Shown: positions 1 through 6,554, counted from the first letter of the stretch. The stretch: 8,510 nucleotides of DNA from Fastidiosibacter lacustris (GCF_003428155.1 NZ_QLIR01000031.1:1-8510), one strand, 5' to 3'. Made by a program: numbers and translations. Notes: a model not told the origin generated them from the letters alone.

Positions 1-51
1 ACCCTTATCCAGAGCCCTCTCACCAAACACTCTCAGTGACAACGAGTCGCC

Positions 52-101
52 ATTATACACACACATCAATTCCCCGCAAGCGCTTTTTTTAACTTTTTTT
101 T
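52..101 (-). promoter_or_regulatory. Strong sigma70/stable-RNA-type promoter firing leftward out of the window
   Basis: Reverse complement reads AAAAAAAAGTTAAAAAAAGCGCTTGCGGGGAATTGATGTGTGTGTATAATGGCGACTCG: perfect -10 TATAAT (52-57), -35-like TTGCGG (74-79) with a 16-nt spacer, upstream A-tracts resembling an UP element, and a GC-rich GGCG discriminator, as in gammaproteobacterial rRNA/tRNA promoters. Confidence 0.6.
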
Positions 102-130
102 AATTTTGTTTAATCGTGTTTGAAAAACGT

Positions 131-1234
131 TCATTTTACTCGATGAAGCGTCCCTACCAAACAATCTTCACTACCACCTGTTGACAATGAAAAAGGTATT
201 TTTTTACTATTGATGTGACAATATCCAAACCAAGCAAATGCAATGGCTTCTATCCATTGTCCATCTACACCTAAACTGGAAATATCTGTTAAGGATATTT
301 CTGGTAGACATTCTTTTAATAATTCCATTAAATAGTCATTGCCTACACCACCACCACAAACATAGACCTCTTTAGTATCAGGTTGCACATTTAAAACTGC
401 ATCTGCAATTGTTTTAGCACTAAGTACATGTAGCGTTGCTTGAACATCTTGCGCTTCTTCATTCCCTGTTAAGTACTGTTTCAACCAAGATAAATTAAAA
501 TATTCCAAACCCGTACTTTTGGGTGTTTGTTTAGAAAAATACGGATCAGCTAACATTCTATTGAGTAGATCTGATAACACCTGTCCACCTTTTCCCCACT
601 CTCCATTATGATCATAAGCTTTTCCTTTGTGTTGATATATCCAATGATCTATCAAAGTGTTGGCTGGTCCTGTGTCAAATCCAATCAGTGTTTTTTGAGA
701 ATGTAAACAACTAATATTAGCAATACCACCCAAGTTTAAAATCACTCTATTTATCATTGAATGACTAAAAAAAGTTTGGTGAAAAACTGGTACTAAAGGT
801 GCGCCTTGCCCACCAAAAATCATATCTTTGTTACGAAAGTCATTCACAATAACAAGATTCGTTTTTGCAGCAATGACATTACCATTTCCTAATTGAATAC
901 TGAATCTAGGGACCTTGTGTGGATGGTGGTAAACCGTCTGTCCATGACAGCCAACAGCTTTAATTTGAGCCTTTTCAATTTTATAACGATTTAATAACTC
1001 ATTAATACAGTTTGCATATATAAGCCCCAACTCATAATCTAAACTACCAAATTCATGTAATGATAAATGATAATTATTTTGATAAATCTGCCTAATTGCT
1101 GATTTAATTTCACTTGGATAGGAAAAGCTATGTGCCGCTATTAACTTAAATACTGAAGACTCAAATTGAACAACCACACAATCAATTGCATCCATACTTG
1201 TACCAGACATCACACCAACATAATAAGCTAACAT
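131..1234 (-). CDS. anmK: Anhydro-N-acetylmuramic acid kinase
   Basis: 367-aa ORF starting MLAYYVGVMSGTSMDAIDCVVVQF (AnmK MSGTSxDxxD motif), with AVGCHGQTVYHHP, LNLGGIANIS, GFDTGPANTLIDHW and VCGGGVGNDYLM. SD-like AAAAGG lies upstream of the ATG. Confidence 0.96.
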   Translation of the reverse strand: MLAYYVGVMSGTSMDAIDCVVVQFESSVFKLIAAHSFSYPSEIKSAIRQIYQNNYHLSLHEFGSLDYELGLIYANCINELLNRYKIEKAQIKAVGCHGQTVYHHPHKVPRFSIQLGNGNVIAAKTNLVIVNDFRNKDMIFGGQGAPLVPVFHQTFFSHSMINRVILNLGGIANISCLHSQKTLIGFDTGPANTLIDHWIYQHKGKAYDHNGEWGKGGQVLSDLLNRMLADPYFSKQTPKSTGLEYFNLSWLKQYLTGNEEAQDVQATLHVLSAKTIADAVLNVQPDTKEVYVCGGGVGNDYLMELLKECLPEISLTDISSLGVDGQWIEAIAFAWFGYCHINSKKIPFSLSTGGSEDCLVGTLHRVK

Positions 1235-1235
1235 A

Positions 1236-1676
1236 TCAAATACCTTTTAGCTTATTTTTTACGCAGTTGATTAATGGTAATGCAAACATTCCAATAAAAA
1301 ATATAAGCGCAATAAAAAACAACAGTTGCAACCACCACGGAAAATTGAGCATAATTTGCCAGGCGTGATTTAATTGTTCCCCTACACTACTAAAGCTTTT
1401 TTTTTCTTCAGGCATAAATCTAGCTGATATCATTGATATCGAAACCAAATAAAATAAAGTAATAATATAAAGCAATCCATATAGTTTATATCGCCGTATT
1501 TTCATATGTTTCAACGTCAAAAAATTATTGACTTCTTGTTCATTATTACTAGATGTTGTTGAAATAAGTGTTTTAATCCAAAAAAATGCTAACACAATAG
1601 CATAAATAGCAAAAATAACCATATCCTTACCAATCTGAACTAACTTGTTTAATAAAATTCTCCACTTTTTGCTCAT
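1236..1676 (-). CDS. Small hypothetical inner-membrane protein with about 3 predicted TM segments; start codon uncertain
   Basis: 146-aa ORF with hydrophobic segments MVIFAIYAIVLAFFWI, LYGLLYIITLFYLVSISMI and WWLQLLFFIALIFFIGMFALPLI. It sits between two same-strand genes: it overlaps the upstream ORF by 50 bp and ends 2 nt before the anmK start. Confidence 0.65.
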   Translation of the reverse strand: MSKKWRILLNKLVQIGKDMVIFAIYAIVLAFFWIKTLISTTSSNNEQEVNNFLTLKHMKIRRYKLYGLLYIITLFYLVSISMISARFMPEEKKSFSSVGEQLNHAWQIMLNFPWWLQLLFFIALIFFIGMFALPLINCVKNKLKGI

Positions 1677-2274
1677 TTTGCGCTAATGCGCTACTTTTTG
1701 CCTCTAATGGCAGCAATGCTCCACCGCTAATTCTAGCGTACCCTAAATCATTTTTATAAACGATTACAGGAACTGAATTGATAAGCCCTTTTAACACTCT
1801 CATATTATGATTGAACTGTTCAATTTGCATATCATTTGGATCAGCTACAGGCTTAATTCCGCCTTCTTCTTTGCTATAGTCAAATTGGTTTTCATTTTCT
1901 TTAAGCGCATCTATTGGTGATTTAGCACTTAAAATAGCCATAGTCTTGGTTGGGCTAGAAGGTTTAATGATACCAATAGGTACCCATCGAATGGCAAGCA
2001 TATCATTTTGAATAAACTTCTGTGAAGCTTCAAAAAAAGCATGACAGAATTTACAGTTTGGATCAAAAATTACATATACCTTATGTTTAGCAATTGTATT
2101 TCCTTGCGCAATGTAATTTGAATTACCTACTGCTTGATACAAACTTTCTGTGTGTATGTCTTGATGCTCAAAGGAATAAGTATTTTTTACATTAGGTTTG
2201 AGTGCAAACAAGTAATATGCACCCCAGAAAATTACAATTAACGTAATAACTAATATTACCAGGCGTTTTAGCAT
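1627..2274 (-). CDS. Membrane-anchored or exported thiol:disulfide interchange protein, DsbG/DsbC-like thioredoxin fold
   Basis: 215-aa ORF. N-terminal hydrophobic segment MLKRLVILVITLIVIFWGAYYLFA, redox motif VYVIFDPNCKFCHAFFEAS (CxxC), and cis-Pro-like segment NSVPVIVYKND followed by GYARISGG. Confidence 0.8.
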   Translation of the reverse strand: MLKRLVILVITLIVIFWGAYYLFALKPNVKNTYSFEHQDIHTESLYQAVGNSNYIAQGNTIAKHKVYVIFDPNCKFCHAFFEASQKFIQNDMLAIRWVPIGIIKPSSPTKTMAILSAKSPIDALKENENQFDYSKEEGGIKPVADPNDMQIEQFNHNMRVLKGLINSVPVIVYKNDLGYARISGGALLPLEAKSSALAQNEQKVENFIKQVSSDW

Positions 2275-2355
2275 GACGTATCCAACTGTTTTATATCTAA
2301 GTAAAGTAATAAAATCCTAGAAAATTTATAATTTTTTACCAGTTATTTTATAAAA

Positions 2356-3465
2356 TTATAATTTGATCGGACTAACAACATATGTACTGCAACTATTGCT
2401 ATCTTTTATTAAAACGCTCATCGCTGGATTTTCGAAGTAAAAATTGATATCTTCAATATCCAAAACATTAACAATATCAAGCAAATAATTGACATTAAAA
2501 CCAATTTCCATTGGCTTATCTTCATATTTAACTTCAAGTTGATCTTGAGCTTCTTCATGCTCTGGATTATTTGCAGACAATAATAATTCATTTTGCTTAA
2601 GCTCTAAACGCACACCACGATATGTTTCATTGGACAAAATTGCTGTACGAATAAGTGCTTGTTTTAACTGTGTTCTATTAGCAATCAAGACCTTAGTATT
2701 ATTCGGTGGAATAACTCGTGTATAATCTGGAAACCGCCCTTCGATCAGCTTTGAAGTATATTGAATATCTGCCAATATTACTCTGAAATAGTTCTTACCA
2801 ATCTGAATTTCGACTTCAGCATCTTCTGGTGCAGAAAGTGTTCTTTGCATTTCAAGTATTGCCTTTCTGGGGACAATCATTTGAACACCTTCAAGGTAAG
2901 TATTTTCAATTATGGCTTCAGAGCTAGCCATTCTATGTCCATCTGTTGAAACCGTCCTAAAATTATCACCATTAACTTCCCACAACATACCGTTTAAAAA
3001 ATAACGCACATCATTGTTCGCCATGGCAAATTGTACTCGTTTAATCGTTGTCATTAATTGCTCAAATGATATTTTAAACATCGCTCGACCAGTATCTTCA
3101 TTCATAGTAGGGAAGGTCTCTGCACCTAAAGTAGATAAACTAAATCGGCTACGATTACAACAAATAAGTACACGATTATTTGTTTCTTGAATAATTTCTA
3201 TTTCTGCACCGTCTGGTAGGTTACGAATAATCTCATTTAACTTTTTTGCAGGAATAGCTATTTGCCCATCTTCAAACGACTGATTTAAAGTAACATGACT
3301 AATGATTTCTGTCTCCAAATCAGATGCTTTTAAAAGCAACTTACCACCTTCTATTTTAAATAAAACACTACTTAAAATAGGCATTGTATGCTTTTTGTCT
3401 GCAACAGATACCAATGCTTGCAATGGTTTTAATATTGCATCTCGAGAAAGTATGAATTTCATCAT
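2356..3465 (-). CDS. dnaN: DNA polymerase III subunit beta (sliding clamp)
   Basis: 369-aa ORF MMKFILSRDAILKPLQALVSVADKKHTMPILSSVLFKI...GRFPDYTRVIPPN...NVNYLLDIVNVL...SCSTYVVSPIKL. Adjacent to dnaA. SD-like TAGGGG upstream. Start may be either of two tandem ATGs (3465 or 3462). Confidence 0.97.
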   Translation of the reverse strand: MMKFILSRDAILKPLQALVSVADKKHTMPILSSVLFKIEGGKLLLKASDLETEIISHVTLNQSFEDGQIAIPAKKLNEIIRNLPDGAEIEIIQETNNRVLICCNRSRFSLSTLGAETFPTMNEDTGRAMFKISFEQLMTTIKRVQFAMANNDVRYFLNGMLWEVNGDNFRTVSTDGHRMASSEAIIENTYLEGVQMIVPRKAILEMQRTLSAPEDAEVEIQIGKNYFRVILADIQYTSKLIEGRFPDYTRVIPPNNTKVLIANRTQLKQALIRTAILSNETYRGVRLELKQNELLLSANNPEHEEAQDQLEVKYEDKPMEIGFNVNYLLDIVNVLDIEDINFYFENPAMSVLIKDSNSCSTYVVSPIKL

Positions 3466-3498
3466 AAGTAAATACCCCTAAAATAAAACTTAAAATAA

Positions 3499-5058
3499 TT
3501 AATGAGCTAACTTGCGTGATAAATTTTGATAATCGTCTTGTAAATCAACGTTGTTTAATAGCAGTTTTTGTATTGTTCTGACTGCGTGTAAAACCGTTGT
3601 ATGGTCTCTTCCACCAAAAAAGCTACCAATTTCAGGTAAACTATGATTAGTGAACTCTTTTGCTAATGCCATCGCCACTTGTCTTGGTCTTGCAACGTCT
3701 CGACTCTTCTGCTTTGAAAGTAAATCTGTGATTTTAATATTATAATAATCAGCGACAACTCTTTGGATATTATCAACTTTTACAATTTTTTCTTGAATAG
3801 AAATCACATCTTTCAAACATTCATAAGCAAGCTTTTCATCAATTGCTTTTTTATTGAACTGTGCATAATTAAGTACTCTTCTTAACGCACCTTCCAATTC
3901 TCTCACGTTTGATCGAATGTGTTTTGCCATAAAAAGTGCTACATTTTGATCAATAGGACGACCAAATTGGCTTGATTTGTGCAATAATATTGCACTTCGT
4001 GTTTCTAAATCAGGAATATCAATTGTCACGGTTAAACCATAACCAAATCGCGAAACAAGCCTTTCTTCTAACTTAGGGATTTCCTTCGGATATTTATCAC
4101 AAGATAAAACCACCTGCTTACCATTTTCTAATAGAGTATTAAAAGTATGAAAAAACTCTTCTTGAGATCCTGCCTTGCCAGCAATAAATTGAATATCATC
4201 TACGAGTAAAACATCAACTGAACGATAAAAATTTTGAAACTCATCACCCGAATGTAAACGTACTGCATCAACATAATCTTTGACAAAACGCTCAGAAGTA
4301 ACGTATAACACTTTTGCAGTGGGGTTGTTATGTAATACATAATTACCAATTGCATGCATTAAATGCGTTTTGCCAAGCCCACTCCCACCATAAATAAACA
4401 AAGGATTATAAGCAAGCCCAGGGTTAATCGAAACTTGCATTGCAGCAGCGCGTGCAACTTCATTAGCCTTACCAACGACAAAATTATCAAAATTATATTC
4501 TTTTTTTAAAGGAGAACCAAAATCAACTCTTCGTTGTTCCTTTGGCAAGGCTAAAGCTTCATCAAAACCATAAAGCTCACTCGAGATACCTGAAATTTTA
4601 TCTTTATCAACAACTAACTTTTCTTTGCTATCTTCTATAAACTCAACTTTTTCAACAGGTGCAGGAGAAGCACTTTTTGTAAAAAGATCGGTTTGAGGTC
4701 CTACACTGCTTTTAAAAGGTTCAAAAAGATTATGCTTAGTTGTGGATAAAGATTCATCATGTGATGAGCGTTTTTCTGTTTCAACTGAAAAATCAACTAT
4801 TAAAAGCTCATTTTTTTTGTGTTTTTTCAACGCATCTACAATCAAAATTTGATATTTTGTCTTTATCCAACCTAAAAAGTAGTTATTTGGCGCATAAACT
4901 GTGAATAAATTACCTTGATCGTTTACTTTTAAAGGCATGATCCAAATTCTGAATTCTTGTTCAGATAAACTGTTTTTTAAATAATCTAAACACTCTTGCC
5001 AAATACTCATATCCAACGCTTTTTCCTTTAAAATCAAGGTTTTTGGGTGATTTTTCAC
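3499..5058 (-). CDS. dnaA: Chromosomal replication initiator protein DnaA; true start probably ATG at 5010
   Basis: Walker A GGSGLGKTHLMHAIG, Walker B VLLVDDIQF, DnaA signature GRDHTTVLHAVRTI, and an N-terminal domain starting MSIWQECLDYLKNSLSEQEFRIWIMPL at codon 17. The track ORF begins with GTG at 5058. Confidence 0.97.
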   Translation of the reverse strand: MKNHPKTLILKEKALDMSIWQECLDYLKNSLSEQEFRIWIMPLKVNDQGNLFTVYAPNNYFLGWIKTKYQILIVDALKKHKKNELLIVDFSVETEKRSSHDESLSTTKHNLFEPFKSSVGPQTDLFTKSASPAPVEKVEFIEDSKEKLVVDKDKISGISSELYGFDEALALPKEQRRVDFGSPLKKEYNFDNFVVGKANEVARAAAMQVSINPGLAYNPLFIYGGSGLGKTHLMHAIGNYVLHNNPTAKVLYVTSERFVKDYVDAVRLHSGDEFQNFYRSVDVLLVDDIQFIAGKAGSQEEFFHTFNTLLENGKQVVLSCDKYPKEIPKLEERLVSRFGYGLTVTIDIPDLETRSAILLHKSSQFGRPIDQNVALFMAKHIRSNVRELEGALRRVLNYAQFNKKAIDEKLAYECLKDVISIQEKIVKVDNIQRVVADYYNIKITDLLSKQKSRDVARPRQVAMALAKEFTNHSLPEIGSFFGGRDHTTVLHAVRTIQKLLLNNVDLQDDYQNLSRKLAH

Positions 5059-5102
5059 TCATGCCCAAAAAAAATCATTTAGAATTTAACTTTAGTTTTG
5101 GG

Positions 5103-5130
5103 ATTATATCAAAGCGCTAACAACATGCAA
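5103..5130 (-). promoter_or_regulatory. Putative dnaA promoter
   Basis: Minus strand reads TTGCAT-16 nt-TATAAT (-35 at 5125-5130, -10 at 5103-5108). The -10 is a perfect consensus. A perfect DnaA box (5149-5157) lies just upstream of the -35. Confidence 0.5.
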
Positions 5131-5148
5131 TCGTTCACGTAAATACCT

Positions 5149-5157
5149 GTGGATAAC
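5149..5157 (-). promoter_or_regulatory. DnaA box, perfect consensus TTATCCACA
   Basis: + strand TGTGGATAA at 5149-5157. Confidence 0.85.
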
Positions 5158-5309
5158 TTTGTTGATAACAATGTGAGTTTTTTGTTAATTACGGTGTGGA
5201 TGTCTTTGTATATAACCTTGTTTATATCCCTTTGGATAAAATTGTGGAAAAAAACATAGAGTTAAAAAAATAAAGTTATCAACATAAAACAACAAGGATC
5301 TTAACAACT

Positions 5310-5318
5310 TTATTCACA
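5310..5318 (+). promoter_or_regulatory. DnaA box, exact TTATNCACA (TTATTCACA)
   Basis: Read directly in ACTTTATTCACAAAG. Confidence 0.75.
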
Positions 5319-5365
5319 AAGTTACACACAACTTAAAAACCGTCAAATAAAGGGTTTTTAATTAT

Positions 5366-5374
5366 TTATCCACA
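5366..5374 (+). promoter_or_regulatory. DnaA box, perfect consensus TTATCCACA
   Basis: Read directly in ATTATTTATCCACAAATATCCACA. A one-mismatch copy, ATATCCACA, follows at 5376-5384. Confidence 0.85.
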
Positions 5375-5651
5375 AATATCCACAATCTAATAACAGAAAA
5401 AACAAAATATAAAAATCACTTTAAAAAGAATAGAAAGAATAAATAAAAGTAAAAAATGAGGATAACAAATAAAAAACCTTTAAGGGTAAAAAAATAAAAA
5501 TTACGATGTATAATGTTTCCACATGAAAACATAAAGGATAAAACAGCCTGTGGAAATTTATCAAAAAACTAAATGGTCCTATCTTTATATTTTTAGGTTA
5601 AACCCATTAAACATCAAATACCTTAAGCAGTTAATAATGGAAATTTTTCAC

Positions 5652-5680
5652 TTGCTAATTAGAATAAAAAAATGAATAAT
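5652..5680 (+). promoter_or_regulatory. Putative ffs promoter
   Basis: TTGCTA (5652-5657), 17-nt spacer, AATAAT (5675-5680). Predicted TSS about 5687-5688 coincides with the 5' end of the SRP RNA stem. Confidence 0.5.
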
Positions 5681-5687
5681 AATCCCG

Positions 5688-5788
5688 CTGGTTTGGTCCT
5701 CTTGCGACGCTAGTTTGTGAACCCCGTCAGATCCGGAAGGAAGCAGCGGTAACAAATGATGTGTGTGCCGAGATGTAGGCTAAACCAG
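5688..5788 (+). ncRNA. ffs: Signal recognition particle RNA, 4.5S small bacterial type
   Basis: Conserved core GTCAGATCCGGAAGGAAGCAGCGGTAAC...GTGTGTGCCGAGATGTAGGC with GGAA tetraloop. The ends pair: CTGGTTTGG (5688-5696) with CTAAACCAG (5780-5788). Confidence 0.95.
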
Positions 5789-5792
5789 TATT

Positions 5793-6554
5793 TTAGTTGT
5801 ACTGATATAAATTATTACAATCCATAGTTGCAAGCAATCTATTCTCATACTCGTTATTTTTTAATTCAGAATAGTGAACAAGTGTTTTAACCAAATATTT
5901 ACCTGTCAAATCTTTGCCTTGCGCGGTTAATTGAGCACGTAATTTTCTAAATTCTTCAAATTTACTCCCTGTATTTAATAAATTAAAGTATGATTGAACG
6001 CTACCAAGCGGAGAATCGAAGGTTTGTACTTCATTAATTGCACCAGTTGCTCTTTGTTTTGGCACAATACCACAGCCTTGCGTAAAACAATGTTGTCCAA
6101 AATAATTATTACCCTCAACGGAAAAACGAGAAGTCCCCCATCCTGTTTCCAAAGCAGATTGAGCTAATACCATGCTTATTGGAATCGTATTGACTTTAGT
6201 TAATAAGTCATTCACTACTTGTAATAAATTACTTTGATTAAAGTCAACTTTATATTGCTGGCATAAATCAGTTATAAACTTTGTTTCTGGCTTAGAGAGT
6301 GATTGGTTTTGATTTAATTTTATTTGGATCTTTTCAAGTGATTTTCGTTGATTGAGTACAGTCTTTTGTACTTGGTAAATAAAGGGCAACATGTAGTCAA
6401 TAAACGATTGTTTACGTACTTTTATATCAGTAATATGTTGAAAATTAGGTTTTTCTATTTCTTTAGTTTGTTTAGTGCAATTTGTTACAAAGAAGCTAAT
6501 GCTTATTAATAAAGAAGCAAAAAGGAATGACTGTATTATTCTTTTTAATATCAT
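5793..6554 (-). CDS. Bax-like glucosaminidase-domain protein, exported, possible lipoprotein
   Basis: 253-aa ORF with N-terminal signal segment MILKRIIQSFLFASLLISISFFVTNC and glucosaminidase/Bax motif ISMVLAQSALETGWGTSRFSVEGNNYFGQHCF, with C-terminal SVQSYFNLLNT and KTLVHYSE. Confidence 0.85.
   Translation of the reverse strand: MILKRIIQSFLFASLLISISFFVTNCTKQTKEIEKPNFQHITDIKVRKQSFIDYMLPFIYQVQKTVLNQRKSLEKIQIKLNQNQSLSKPETKFITDLCQQYKVDFNQSNLLQVVNDLLTKVNTIPISMVLAQSALETGWGTSRFSVEGNNYFGQHCFTQGCGIVPKQRATGAINEVQTFDSPLGSVQSYFNLLNTGSKFEEFRKLRAQLTAQGKDLTGKYLVKTLVHYSELKNNEYENRLLATMDCNNLYQYN

Larger units (their letters stand above)
5103..5560. promoter_or_regulatory. oriC: Candidate chromosomal replication origin (oriC) with DnaA-box clusters and AT-rich flank
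   Basis: Non-coding AT-rich region next to dnaA-dnaN. Three exact TTATNCACA boxes plus one-mismatch boxes at 5160-5168, 5231-5239, 5243-5251, 5276-5284, 5322-5330 and 5376-5384, followed by a very A-rich stretch (about 5385-5515). Confidence 0.7.

Noticed and set aside
1-60. Possible coding sequence at the left edge
   Set aside because: Short open frames exist but without convincing coding content. The stable-RNA promoter/leader interpretation fits better.
1186-1368. Plus-strand 60-aa ORF from the track
   Set aside because: Lies antisense to the anmK start and the small membrane protein gene. Low-complexity composition, no motif and no supportable SD. Likely spurious.
2761-2949. ORF of 62 aa inside dnaN on the plus strand (antisense)
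   Set aside because: Entirely antisense to the highly conserved dnaN; Cys/Ser/Ile-rich product without recognisable features.
5195-5203. TGTGGATGT as an additional DnaA box
   Set aside because: Two mismatches to TGTGNATAA; not counted in the arrays, although a low-affinity site cannot be excluded.
5297-5300. Dam/SeqA-type regulation of the origin
   Set aside because: I find only one GATC in the intergenic region, not the dense GATC clustering of E. coli oriC.
5385-5404. B. subtilis-like CTA-type DnaA-trio next to the TTATCCACA/ATATCCACA boxes
   Set aside because: Only a single CTA (ATCTAATAACAG) follows the box, with no regular trinucleotide periodicity.
5515-5523. GTTTCCACA as a DnaA box
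   Set aside because: Two mismatches at conserved positions; not counted.
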